64,000 nucleotides of DNA, from NCBI GenBank assembly GCA_963664295.1, contig OY760935.1:480001-544000 (forward strand), in the 5' to 3' direction. Positions 46,173 to 56,855 of the stretch are shown piece after piece (the stretch's first letter is position 1; each line of letters starts with the position of its first letter). The notes below the pieces were generated by a model that had not been told where the DNA came from, did no database searches, and saw only the letters and a program-made list of their open reading frames with translations. Made by a program: the position numbers and the translations under genes. This stretch comes from Candidatus Altimarinota bacterium (lineage in GTDB: Bacteria; Patescibacteriota; Gracilibacteria; CAIRYL01; GCA-016699755).

Positions 46173-48104
46173 TTATTTTTTTACTCGTTTTTTTACAGAT
46201 AGCTGATGGGCAACAAGCGAGGTAATTACTGCAACTTTATTTTTCATTTGTTGATCAATTAAGCTGTTGGGATGAGTAAAAATTTCACTATCTAATTCTC
46301 CTGAGGCTGGCAGTGGTGCCATAACATGAATATTGTTTTTTTCTACTGTTGGTGCAGATAAATGATAATCAACTACTTTTTTGCCTGCTCCTTTACCGCC
46401 ATCACCTGATGTTCCTTCTGGATTTGAAATATAGATAAAATCAGCATCAGAGCTTATGTTTTGCACATGCTCCTGGTCTAGTAATTGATCATCTTCAATT
46501 ACTGTCAGGCCTTCGATTTGAGGATTATACGACTCACCTTCACTAGCATTAGGATGAAGTGGGACATAATTAACAACTTCAAATCCTGGCAAATGCTTAA
46601 GTATAAATTTAATCAAAGCTTTGTCAGCTCTTTTGTTTTTTGTGTGTCCCATGAAAATAATTTTTGGCTTTAATTCTGCTGTTTTTTCACGCAATTCTGC
46701 CACGGTTTTGCAGCCATAAATATCCATAAAAGCTAATATTTCACCTAATGTTTGAGTGGGATGATGAATATCGCCACCTAGTGATATCCTTGATGGTTTT
46801 GAGCTTAAATCATTGGCTTTTTTTAATTCCTCTGCGTCAGTTTCAAATGATTTTGACCTTGCCAAAACAACATCAAAATCATGAGCAGAAAAAGCTGCAT
46901 CTTCACTAACAAGAGATTCTCCTTTTGCCTGAGAACTTGCGCCAGAAAGAGCAGTTTGCACGTTCATACCCAATGCTTCGAGAGCTTGTTTTGATGCAGT
47001 TATGGTTCTAGTAGAAGGTTGTGCCATATTAACTAAACCATTTTTACCTTTAAATTCAGAATAAACAACACCAAATTGACCAGCACTGGTTTTGTTGTCA
47101 TCAGTAATTTGTAAGGATTTACCCCAGGCTTGTTTAGCAAAATTTGCTACACTTAAAACACTATCTATTTGTTCCTCAGTCATATCATCAAGCCCTGAAA
47201 GAATATCTGGAAAATTATTTATTTTTTCATTTTCACAAAAATCAACTAACTTTCTTTTTATTGCAATATGTAGTCCCAATCTACGAATAGCCTCTCTGTC
47301 AGCCTCATTTGCTTGTGTTTTTGCTACTTTTTGTAAGGCACGAACAACATCTTTGATATTTTCAGGGTCAATAAATTTTTGAGCAAAAACAGGCATACCA
47401 ACAACATTTTCAATCCCCTCTCCTGTTGGATTGCTATCGTATTTTTTCAGGTTTTCACCTTGCCCATAATCACAATAGTCAACTTCTCCTGTTTCTTGAT
47501 TTTCAATAGCAACCATGAACTTAAGATAGGTTTTTTTATCTGTACCTTCCGGCAAGGTAGGCATTTCGCCTTTTGAGACAATGCCTCTAAGCCCTTCCCA
47601 TGTGTATTGAGCTAGGGCAATTTTTGCTTTATTTGCTGTGTTTTTTAAAACCGTTTCATTTAATATTGTTGCTATAATTAAATTTTTTAGAGTACTATTT
47701 AAGCCTTCCAATCCTCTTTCAGGGTGCATTAGTAAATCACAATAAAGCTCTGATGCTTCCGAAAAATCCTCTCCACTTTCAGCTTGTTTTTTAAATCTAT
47801 CAATAATATCTTCTATAAAAACTGGTTTATATGGAGTGTTTAATAATTCTAATACTTTTGTATGAGTCAATGCTTGGATTGCCTGAGCTTCAGCCGTAAA
47901 ATCAAGCGTATCAAGTTGATGCAAGACAGCAGAAAACAACAAGGGGCGAAGCTCAGGGTCTGGCATTATACTACTTAATGTTTCTGGGTTTATAATTTTC
48001 GCTAATTGATCAAATTTTTCTTGATAGCCCTCTTTTTCTGGGTGATCACTTAAAACACCATGATCTTCAGCTATTTGAGCATAGGATAATAATTTTTTGT
48101 CCAT
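46173..48104 (-). CDS. Unknown N-terminal region fused to a divergent aspartate/ornithine carbamoyltransferase-like domain (start 48104 or 48134)
   Basis: QPSTRT, KGESL, HPTQTL, MAPLP, QQMKN motifs in the C-terminal ~330 aa. Confidence 0.7.
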   Translation of the reverse strand: MDKKLLSYAQIAEDHGVLSDHPEKEGYQEKFDQLAKIINPETLSSIMPDPELRPLLFSAVLHQLDTLDFTAEAQAIQALTHTKVLELLNTPYKPVFIEDIIDRFKKQAESGEDFSEASELYCDLLMHPERGLEGLNSTLKNLIIATILNETVLKNTANKAKIALAQYTWEGLRGIVSKGEMPTLPEGTDKKTYLKFMVAIENQETGEVDYCDYGQGENLKKYDSNPTGEGIENVVGMPVFAQKFIDPENIKDVVRALQKVAKTQANEADREAIRRLGLHIAIKRKLVDFCENEKINNFPDILSGLDDMTEEQIDSVLSVANFAKQAWGKSLQITDDNKTSAGQFGVVYSEFKGKNGLVNMAQPSTRTITASKQALEALGMNVQTALSGASSQAKGESLVSEDAAFSAHDFDVVLARSKSFETDAEELKKANDLSSKPSRISLGGDIHHPTQTLGEILAFMDIYGCKTVAELREKTAELKPKIIFMGHTKNKRADKALIKFILKHLPGFEVVNYVPLHPNASEGESYNPQIEGLTVIEDDQLLDQEHVQNISSDADFIYISNPEGTSGDGGKGAGKKVVDYHLSAPTVEKNNIHVMAPLPASGELDSEIFTHPNSLIDQQMKNKVAVITSLVAHQLSVKKRVKK

Positions 48105-48173
48105 ATTTAAAAAATAATGTGTTTCAACATACAATATAATATAATTCTTGTCAAGAAAAACTAAATCAAATTT

Positions 48174-49259
48174 TTATTGATGCACAAAAACTCTCGACCC
48201 ATCAGAGTTAAACAAATATTTAAATCTTAGAAAACGATCGTCACCTTCATTGTAGGCACTAAGAACTTCAAACAAAGCATAATTTTCATCAGAAGTTTTT
48301 AGACAATAAACTTGCCCTGAACTAGCATTGATCGGATCACCAAAGCCTTCTTCATTAACATTTGTAACACTAGCATAGCCATCTTCTGGGCATTCTGTAA
48401 TGTCTTCAAAATCACCTTCCATTGGTACAACCATCCAATCCATGCCACGCGTCCAAGTGCCACTGAAAAATATTCCACTAAACATAATATCCACATTAAC
48501 ATCTTTGTTTGTTCTTAGTCCTGTTTCAAAATCAAACATACCAGAGCCATTATCTGGATCTGAGTCATCCAATGTCACTTCCCTAACCTCATTTTCTGCT
48601 ACATTATCATCAGAAATTGTTGTTTGTGGGTTGTCTATAGAACGATAAATCTCTCCATCATAAATTGAATAAAATTGAGTATATGGCTTGTCTTTTATTT
48701 TTTCTTTATAGCGATAAATAATTTCTGCCATTTCACCACGAGTAATATCTTTATCAATTGCATCTAAGCTTTGTGGAGTAGTTCGCAAATCTTCTAGGAT
48801 AGCAATGTATGGCTCATACCAATACTGAGCATTTTCTGCGCCAACTATCTCAATATCAAAAGTTTTGACAATAATCTTGGCTGCTTCTGCAAAAATAATG
48901 TTTTTCTTTGGCTGAAATGTGCCATCAGCATAACCATTTATAATATTATTATTACTAGCAATACAAACATAAGGCGCAAACCATTCACTTGCAGGTACAT
49001 CAGAAAAAGTTTTTTCAGATTCGCAACTATTAATTTCCTCTTCACTAAACTGCGCTCCTATTACTATTTTTGTAAACTCTGCTCGATTTATTTTTTGATC
49101 AGGTTTAAATGTGCCATCTTTGTATCCATTTACAATTCCTTCAGATTGCACATAATTAATAGCATCAAAATTGTCATGGTCCTCGCTGACATCATTAAAA
49201 TCAGCTTGAACAACTGCAATGACTAAAGCTAGACTTAAAATAGTAATAAATTTTTTCAT
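48174..49259 (-). CDS. SLH domain surface protein
   Basis: Signal peptide; GIVNGYKDGTFKPDQKINRAE; FSDVPASEWF; ITRGEMAEIIYR. Confidence 0.88.
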   Translation of the reverse strand: MKKFITILSLALVIAVVQADFNDVSEDHDNFDAINYVQSEGIVNGYKDGTFKPDQKINRAEFTKIVIGAQFSEEEINSCESEKTFSDVPASEWFAPYVCIASNNNIINGYADGTFQPKKNIIFAEAAKIIVKTFDIEIVGAENAQYWYEPYIAILEDLRTTPQSLDAIDKDITRGEMAEIIYRYKEKIKDKPYTQFYSIYDGEIYRSIDNPQTTISDDNVAENEVREVTLDDSDPDNGSGMFDFETGLRTNKDVNVDIMFSGIFFSGTWTRGMDWMVVPMEGDFEDITECPEDGYASVTNVNEEGFGDPINASSGQVYCLKTSDENYALFEVLSAYNEGDDRFLRFKYLFNSDGSRVFVHQ

Positions 49260-49361
49260 TTAAACAAAATAAAATACAAAAATACAATAACATTATTATT
49301 ACTAAACAATAAATTATCCACTTTACAAAAAATTATCTTAAAAACTATTTTATTATTAATT

Positions 49362-52300
49362 TTACAGCTTCCCTCTAAGTTTTTTCATCAAATCTTCACA
49401 TGCAAGGTGTTGAGATATTGTGTCGTTATCTTTTCCTTTTTGTTTAAGTTCCTCATATTTTGCAAAATGAGGGTCATCTTTCATTTGTTCTGGATTTTTA
49501 ATTTTTTGTGAATATTCTGTGTATTTATCATACAAAGGTCTTAAGTAAGTATCATCTCTCCAATAGTCTTTATTTCCTGCGTATGCTTTTGACCATACAA
49601 ATTGATAGGCTGTGATGAAATCTATTTCTGAAGATATTTCATATTTCTGCCTAAATGATTCATATAAATCACGATAGATTTCAAAGTTGTCTCTATTTTG
49701 TGGCATTTGGAATGCACGCATTAAATCTACGATACTGGCGTATAAAGTTGCTTCTTTTCCTTTTGTTTTATCTGGTTCTTCTTTGTTTAATTCATATTCA
49801 TCATGATCTCTTATGTTTCCTTCTTTAAAGTCCCTTTTCCATTGATCAACATCATAGTTTGCATATAAATAATCTCCTACTTCTTTCATTGCCATTAAGA
49901 CCAAAGCTCTATCAGAAGCACGCATAAATCTAGCATTAAAACTTAAATCTAAATTTAACACTGGCATCATTTGACCATTAATTTCCATGAAATCATTTTG
50001 ATTACCATAAAAATCTGTTCTTATTCTAAGTAAATCTTGATTTCTATCATCATTTTCGTGATGCCAACCTTGAACATTATATCTATTCGCACTCTCATCA
50101 ACACCCAGATTTACAAATGGAAAAAATACTTCTCTTGTTCTATCAACCACATTCAAAATATCTAAAGGTCTGTGCCCCGGTTGCTCATTAGAATTGGGCA
50201 AAGTAGGGTCACATGTTTCCTCTGATCTAAAACGAGAAATAATCAAGTTATGTGCATTATCTCGACTATCTGGTATGCCATCGCCATCGCTATCAATAAC
50301 ATCTAATATTTTTGGATCATTAGGAAGCACATAGTTACTTGAAGTTATGCCTCTGGTTTTTTTAGGCAATGTCCATCTGCCATTTTTCTTGATAAAAGGA
50401 CTTGGTCTTTTTCTCATTTCTTCAGCAATTTGATCCCAGTTTTGATCTCGCAAAACACCATCAAGAATAACTTCAAAAACATTCTGACCTTCAACAATAT
50501 TGCTTATATCTTTTGTTCCTATGTATTGAGCATAAGGAAACACTCTTTTAATATGTGGCGCATAACTCTTAAAGCTCCAACAAGCTTGACCAACAAATAT
50601 TTTTGATTGATCTGATTCTTTAATAGCATATTTTTTATAAGCACTTTGAATCGCACTAGAAAGTTGATTTCTACCTCCTGCGTGTCCAACATATTGAACA
50701 TAATCCACATTTGGGTCATTCATTTTTTCAAAAACCTTTTCATTGTTACTACCAAATGTTTTAGGAATGTGTACTTCTATGGGTATATTCTTGCCATCTT
50801 TATCTGTTTTTGCTCCATGCATGATGTACACCATTTCTTCTTTTCTGTCTTCTCTTTTCCAGCCATATTCAGGACGCTCAAATAAATCTGCCTCCCAAGA
50901 CCTAAAAAACTCTTCCTGTCCAAAATAAATATAAGAAACAAATTTTCCATCAGCCAAAATCTCTTTTCGTGGTGGAGCATCAGGTAATAAGTTCTGAGAT
51001 TGTTTTAATTTTTCTATTCTTTCTGCATATTTCCGATATTTAAAACTCCCTCGTCTTAAGCCAATGCTTAAATTTGTTGTCAAAAATCTAGCAATTTTAT
51101 TTTTATCAGACTCTGCATAGGTTAAAATCTTATCAAATTGCTCAGGTGTGCCTTTTTTAAGAAAAAGGAAGCCAATTGCAGAATAAATTTTATTCAAAGC
51201 TTCTATGTCTGTAATTGGAAGCTCTTTTCCTTCAAACAAAATATCTTCAAAAAGCTTGCTGATATCAGCAATGCTAGAGCTATTCGGAAAGTTATCAACA
51301 AAGCGCATTAAAAGCCTAAAAGACATCATTGTTTTTTTTGTTTTATCTATATTTACATCTTTTTCAACATTAAGATTATTAATGTTCCAAAAAATAAATT
51401 CTGCGCTAAAATTTTCTACAAGAGGAATAAAATCAATTTTTTCCACTTTAAGCAAACCTAAAAACAAATGTTGTTTTTCAGCCTGAGTGAACTGATTTGT
51501 TTTTTCTAAAAAACTTACACAAGATTTTTTAGAAAAGTTTTTAACAACATTTAATCCATCACAAAAAGCTTCTATTATCAAAAGATTATTGTTTTCATTG
51601 TTTTTAATTAAAAACTCTGACACATCTTCGCCGTTTATAAATGCAACTAATGCATTAAAATAATTTTCATTATTTATTTTTTCTGGCTTAAAAAACTGAT
51701 AAAATCCTTCAGTCCTAAGCTTAAGGTTAATTTTATTTAATTGAACAATTTTTTTAGCATACTCACCATTCACGCCCTCCTCAAGTGGTAATTCATCAAT
51801 AAATGATGCACGTTCAAAACTGCAAATATTTAAATTAGTAAAAAAGATTATTAAGGCATCAACATAATCTTTGTTAACACCTTTTTCTAAAACAAAATTA
51901 CTAATAAATCCGTCATCAAGTTTTATGCCTGCCAAACCCAACCTAATTAAAGATTTAACATAATCTTCATTAACTGCTTTTTCAATACTAAACACTCTCA
52001 CAAAAGAACCATCAACGTCAAAACCTGCTTGGGCAAGCTTTATTAATATTTTTACATAATCCTTGTTTTCTGCCTTTTCTATACTAAGGCTGTCAACAAA
52101 AAATCCATCAACATCAAAACCTGCTTGGGCAAGCTTTATTAATTTATCGATATAATTTTTGTTTTCTGCTTTTTCAAAACTAAAGCTGTAAACAAAAGAA
52201 CCATCAACATCAAAACCTGCTTGGGCAAGCTTTATTAATATTTTTACATAATCCTTGTTTTCTGCCTTTTCTATTGAAAAATATTTCAATAAATACTCTC

Positions 52301-54791
52301 TAATTCTAGAACCTGTTTTATAAAGACTGATTAATGCATCAATATATTCTACGGTAGTGGCTTTTTTAATTGTAAGATTTAGCACTAATTCATGTTTAAT
52401 TTCTATATCTCCCTGATGAAGCTTAATTAATGCATTAACATAATCTGTGTTCGTAAATTTTTCTCTCGGAAAATCTTTCAAGCAGTAATAAAGCTCTATT
52501 CCCGCTTGATCAAGTTTAATAAAATTATTAACACAAACCGAATCAAGAGTGTTTTCCGGACAATATTCAAGAACACCGTAAAAATTTATACCAACACTAC
52601 TTAAGACGATTAAAGCATTAACATAATTCTCATCACTTGCCTTCTCTAGGGTTAAACATTCAATTAAAGAATCTGTTATTTTAATGCCAAATTTTTGAAG
52701 CTTAATTAAAACATCAACATAATATTTATTTTTTAGTTTTTCTGGAGTCAAAACTTTTATTAAATCACTTTCTTCGCGCAAAGAACAAAACTTCACAATA
52801 TTATCCATATAAACTTTATCTCCTACTTCTGCAGATTCCAGCAATTTAACTAAATTTACATCAAAACTTGCTCCTAGTTTTTGTAAAATAAATAATCGCT
52901 CAACACAAGCCTTGTCTTTTATTCTTGCAAAAGTCAAATAGGAAAGTAGGCTAGAAGTTATTGTTAAACCTAATTTGCATAAAGCAAATAATTCTTGAAC
53001 ATAAATTTTGTCTTTAGCTTTTTCCAAAGTAAAATTTTCTATAAATTTACCATCAATTTCTATGCCTGCTTGATGAAGCTTAACTAAGGTGTCAATATAA
53101 TTTTTATCTTTGGATTTTTGAACAGAAAGACTAAAGCTAATTATTCCTATTTTATTATATAATTCAACTACTACATCAACATAAGCCTGATTCATTTTTT
53201 CAGACCCAAGACTTTGTATCAAATATTCATCATAACATCTTACGCCTATTTTCCGCAAATCATCAAAAATTTCAATATTATCTTTAACAAGGCTAGCACT
53301 ATTTTTACACCAAAAATAATCATTAAACAAATTATTATCAACCTTAAATCCTGCCTGATGAAGCTCTATAAAAAAATCCAACTTGTTAATGGTAAATTCA
53401 TTAAAATTACGACACAAAGGTTCAACTTCTATGCCTGCTTGATGCATTTTAAGTATAGCGTTTATATATTGTTCTTGTTTAAATTCTTCAACCGAAAAAC
53501 CATCAATCAACCTACTATCAACTTTTATGCCTGCTTGATGAAGCATGATTAAGGTTTTAATATAATTTTCATCTTTGCCTTTATCTGTATATAACTCTTT
53601 AACTAATTCGCCATTAATTTCTATGCCTGCTTTATGCAGAGCTATTAAATTTTTGAGATAAATTTCATCCTTTACCCTTCTTGAGTCCAATGCTTTTATT
53701 AAGCTTCTATTAATTTTTATGCCTTCTTTTTGTAAGCTCATCAAAACATCAACATAACCTTCCTCTTTAAATTTCCTAGGATAAAAATATGCAATTAGCT
53801 CACTATCAATCTCTTCTGACTGCCTCATTTTAATCATTGCATTGACATATCCTGCTTTTGTAGCTTGTTGTATAAAAAAATTTTTAACTAATTTGCCATC
53901 AACTTTTATACCTGCTTGATGAAACTTGATTAAAGCATCAATATAATCTTGATTTTGAGATCTTGCCAAATCAAAATGCCACAAAAAACTTCCATCAATA
54001 TCTATCTCTGCTTTGTGCAATTTTATTAAAGCATCAATATATTCTTTGTCCCAACTCTTTAAACTGTCTAAGGAAAAATTATCTATGTCTACAGCCTGTT
54101 TGAAGGTGATTAAAGTGTTAACATTGTCTTCATTTTTCAACATTCTTACAACATTGTTTCGAAAAAAATTGGAATCAATAACTATACCTAATTTCTGAAG
54201 TTTTACTAATGTGTCTATAAAGTGTTCATTATTTAGTTCAACACCGCTCAGTGCTCCAATAAAAAAGAAATCTATCTTTGCTCCCAATTCATGAAACATT
54301 ATCAAAGTATCAACATATTTTTCATGGTTTACTTTAATACAAGACAAAAATCTAATTGTTTCACTATCAATCCTTATACCTGCTTCACTTAATTTTATTA
54401 AAGCTTCAGAATATTTTTTATTATATACTTTTTCTAAGGTAAATCTTTTAACAAATTCACTGTCAACTATCACGCCTGCCTGATGAAAACTTAATAATAA
54501 ATCTGCATCCAAGTGTCCCTTGATTTGATTTAAGTAAGCATTTAATAAATCAGGATTACTATCTAATATAACAAATAATGCATCTTCAAGATTATACACT
54601 GGAGCAATATTTTCAATTCTTGTGTACTGCTTAAAATCATTAATATCCTTTTTAATGTCAATTATTTTTTGAACAAGCTCTTTTTGTAGTTTTTCAATAT
54701 CAATATCTGACTTTTCTAAATCTTCTCTAAGTCCTTGAATATCAATTTTAACTGCCTCAAATTTCTGAGAAAAAGACTCATTATTGCTCAT
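49362..54791 (-). CDS. 1809-aa protein: ~32-aa helical repeats plus C-terminal putative clan CD (caspase/gingipain-like) peptidase region
   Basis: Repeat YxxxLIKLHQAGIxIDxxF; YVGHAG...GQACWS; DSDGDGIPDSRD Ca-binding-like motif. Confidence 0.75.
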   Translation of the reverse strand: MSNNESFSQKFEAVKIDIQGLREDLEKSDIDIEKLQKELVQKIIDIKKDINDFKQYTRIENIAPVYNLEDALFVILDSNPDLLNAYLNQIKGHLDADLLLSFHQAGVIVDSEFVKRFTLEKVYNKKYSEALIKLSEAGIRIDSETIRFLSCIKVNHEKYVDTLIMFHELGAKIDFFFIGALSGVELNNEHFIDTLVKLQKLGIVIDSNFFRNNVVRMLKNEDNVNTLITFKQAVDIDNFSLDSLKSWDKEYIDALIKLHKAEIDIDGSFLWHFDLARSQNQDYIDALIKFHQAGIKVDGKLVKNFFIQQATKAGYVNAMIKMRQSEEIDSELIAYFYPRKFKEEGYVDVLMSLQKEGIKINRSLIKALDSRRVKDEIYLKNLIALHKAGIEINGELVKELYTDKGKDENYIKTLIMLHQAGIKVDSRLIDGFSVEEFKQEQYINAILKMHQAGIEVEPLCRNFNEFTINKLDFFIELHQAGFKVDNNLFNDYFWCKNSASLVKDNIEIFDDLRKIGVRCYDEYLIQSLGSEKMNQAYVDVVVELYNKIGIISFSLSVQKSKDKNYIDTLVKLHQAGIEIDGKFIENFTLEKAKDKIYVQELFALCKLGLTITSSLLSYLTFARIKDKACVERLFILQKLGASFDVNLVKLLESAEVGDKVYMDNIVKFCSLREESDLIKVLTPEKLKNKYYVDVLIKLQKFGIKITDSLIECLTLEKASDENYVNALIVLSSVGINFYGVLEYCPENTLDSVCVNNFIKLDQAGIELYYCLKDFPREKFTNTDYVNALIKLHQGDIEIKHELVLNLTIKKATTVEYIDALISLYKTGSRIREYLLKYFSIEKAENKDYVKILIKLAQAGFDVDGSFVYSFSFEKAENKNYIDKLIKLAQAGFDVDGFFVDSLSIEKAENKDYVKILIKLAQAGFDVDGSFVRVFSIEKAVNEDYVKSLIRLGLAGIKLDDGFISNFVLEKGVNKDYVDALIIFFTNLNICSFERASFIDELPLEEGVNGEYAKKIVQLNKINLKLRTEGFYQFFKPEKINNENYFNALVAFINGEDVSEFLIKNNENNNLLIIEAFCDGLNVVKNFSKKSCVSFLEKTNQFTQAEKQHLFLGLLKVEKIDFIPLVENFSAEFIFWNINNLNVEKDVNIDKTKKTMMSFRLLMRFVDNFPNSSSIADISKLFEDILFEGKELPITDIEALNKIYSAIGFLFLKKGTPEQFDKILTYAESDKNKIARFLTTNLSIGLRRGSFKYRKYAERIEKLKQSQNLLPDAPPRKEILADGKFVSYIYFGQEEFFRSWEADLFERPEYGWKREDRKEEMVYIMHGAKTDKDGKNIPIEVHIPKTFGSNNEKVFEKMNDPNVDYVQYVGHAGGRNQLSSAIQSAYKKYAIKESDQSKIFVGQACWSFKSYAPHIKRVFPYAQYIGTKDISNIVEGQNVFEVILDGVLRDQNWDQIAEEMRKRPSPFIKKNGRWTLPKKTRGITSSNYVLPNDPKILDVIDSDGDGIPDSRDNAHNLIISRFRSEETCDPTLPNSNEQPGHRPLDILNVVDRTREVFFPFVNLGVDESANRYNVQGWHHENDDRNQDLLRIRTDFYGNQNDFMEINGQMMPVLNLDLSFNARFMRASDRALVLMAMKEVGDYLYANYDVDQWKRDFKEGNIRDHDEYELNKEEPDKTKGKEATLYASIVDLMRAFQMPQNRDNFEIYRDLYESFRQKYEISSEIDFITAYQFVWSKAYAGNKDYWRDDTYLRPLYDKYTEYSQKIKNPEQMKDDPHFAKYEELKQKGKDNDTISQHLACEDLMKKLRGKL

Positions 54792-54948
54792 TTTTTTTAG
54801 ATAAATTTATTGATCTTAGCTCTTGCTCTATTAATTCTAAGTCTTTCAAAGCTTTATTTAACCTTACTTTCTTAATTTTATTTCTTTTTAACTTACCTTC
54901 TATTAAACAAGCTTCTTTTTCTGCCTGCTTATTGCTTTCATCTGACAT
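54781..54948 (-). CDS. 55-aa ORF overlapping the start of the 1809-aa gene (absent from the ORF track)
   Basis: MSDESNKQAEKEACLIEGKLKRNKIKKVRLNKALKDLELIEQELRSINLSKKNEQ*. Confidence 0.45.
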   Translation of the reverse strand: MSDESNKQAEKEACLIEGKLKRNKIKKVRLNKALKDLELIEQELRSINLSKKNEQ

Positions 54949-55105
54949 AGATTAATTTTAATAATTCTTATTATTATATAATATTTTGCTTAAAAAAGCA
55001 AATTATATACTAATTATTGCAAATAATACACACTGAAATATTAGAGCTCTAAATTGGTCAATGTTCAAAAAATTTTTATTTTAAGTCAATAAAGTCACAA
55101 CTACA

Positions 55106-56815
55106 TTAAAATTTTCTTTTTCTGTTTCTTTTTTTAGAAAATGACTTTTTAAAGCTAGTTTTTTTTCTTTTTGGTGAACCTAATTTTCTTTTTACAGGTA
55201 AATTTTTTGATTCAAATCCACTTATTTTTTTAATTTCAATTACTGTTCCTTTAAATTTTGCTTTTTGAAAAACTTTTAATAAAGTTTCTGTAAATTCAGC
55301 ATCAATCTCAAAAAAGGATTCGCTTTGTCTAATGTCAATTTGCCCTATTTCAACATACTTTAAAGCTGATTTTTTGATCAAAGTTTCTATTAAACGCTTT
55401 GGTCCAAAGTTGTTATTTTTACCTAAATTAATCTTAAACTTAGCAAATTGAATATTTTTCTTCCTTGTAATTTTATCACCTCCTTTTGTAGCAACATTTA
55501 AATCCGGCGCGTTCTTGTAAAAAGATAAAAAACGATTAAATTCCATAGAAATAATTTGCGCAATTAAGTCTTTTTTGCTTAATGTTTCAAATTTTTTACA
55601 CAAAGGATCAAGATAGGGTTCAATCTCTTTTTTGTCAATTTCTACATCAGCAATCTTGTTCATTAACTGAAAAAGTTGAGCTTCACAAATTTCTTTACCA
55701 AGAGGAATTTGTTTTTGCTGAAAATCTTTACCTATTTTTTTCTCTAAAAAGCGTATTTTTTGTATTTCTTTCATATGAACAATAACTATCGAAATACCGC
55801 TTTTTTTAGCTCTTCCAGTGCGCCCACTACGATGAATATAAGTTTCCAAGCTATCTGGTAAATTATAGCTAATTATATGTGTCAAATCATTCACATCTAA
55901 TCCACGCGCTGCGATATCTGTTGCTACCAAAAGCTGAACTTGCTTATTTCGAAAGCGATTCATAGTTGCACTACGCTGTTCCTGTGACATATCTCCATGT
56001 AAAGCTTCAGCAGAATAATGATCACGAATTAATTTATCAGCAACCTCTTGAGTCTCTCTCCTTGTTCGACAAAAAATAATACCATAAATATCAGGATTTA
56101 CATCGGCAATACGCCTTAAAACTTTATAGCGATCTTTTGCATGAGCCACATAATAAAAATGTTCAATTTTAGTGAGACTGGCGTTTTTTTTATGTATTTC
56201 TATTTCTTCTGCCTCACGCATGTATTTTTGTGCAATTTTTTTCACATTACTTGGCATAGTTGCTGAAAAAAGCAAAGTTTGCTTTTTCTGAGGAGTTTCT
56301 GCCAAAATAGCATCTAAATCTTCCTTGAAGCCCATATTTAAAATCTCATCAGCTTCATCAATAACTAACCATTGAATATTATTAATTTTTAACTTTTTCT
56401 TACGAATTAAATCCAAAACTCGCCCTGGAGTTCCAACTACAATACTCTTTTCTTTTTTAAGTTCTCTTATTTGAACATCAATACGCGCCCCTCCATAAAT
56501 AGGAACAACCGAGATATTTGGTAGATATTTAATAAAATTATTTATATCTTTAGTAATTTGTACACAAAGCTCACGCGTTGGGCAAATAATAATTGCCTGA
56601 ACATGCTTGGATTTTGGATCTATTTGTTCAATAATCGGCAAACCAAAAGCAGCTGTTTTGCCAGTTCCAGTCTGAGCAAGAGCTATAAGATCTTTTTTTG
56701 AACTCAAGATATAAGGAATACTTTTTTCTTGAATTTCTGTAGGCTTATCAAAACCAAGATCCTGAATAGCATCAAGAATTTCTTTTTTTAAGCCAAGATT
56801 TTTAAAATTCATCAA
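55106..56815 (-). CDS. DEAD-box RNA helicase (DeaD/CsdA-like, with DbpA-type RNA-binding domain)
   Basis: AQTGTGKT, PTREL, DEAD, SAT, ARGLD, HRSGRTGR. Confidence 0.95.
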   Translation of the reverse strand: MMNFKNLGLKKEILDAIQDLGFDKPTEIQEKSIPYILSSKKDLIALAQTGTGKTAAFGLPIIEQIDPKSKHVQAIIICPTRELCVQITKDINNFIKYLPNISVVPIYGGARIDVQIRELKKEKSIVVGTPGRVLDLIRKKKLKINNIQWLVIDEADEILNMGFKEDLDAILAETPQKKQTLLFSATMPSNVKKIAQKYMREAEEIEIHKKNASLTKIEHFYYVAHAKDRYKVLRRIADVNPDIYGIIFCRTRRETQEVADKLIRDHYSAEALHGDMSQEQRSATMNRFRNKQVQLLVATDIAARGLDVNDLTHIISYNLPDSLETYIHRSGRTGRAKKSGISIVIVHMKEIQKIRFLEKKIGKDFQQKQIPLGKEICEAQLFQLMNKIADVEIDKKEIEPYLDPLCKKFETLSKKDLIAQIISMEFNRFLSFYKNAPDLNVATKGGDKITRKKNIQFAKFKINLGKNNNFGPKRLIETLIKKSALKYVEIGQIDIRQSESFFEIDAEFTETLLKVFQKAKFKGTVIEIKKISGFESKNLPVKRKLGSPKRKKTSFKKSFSKKRNRKRKF

Positions 56816-56855
56816 TATAATTTAAAGAGCTGTAAAAATATACTCAATTTATTTT

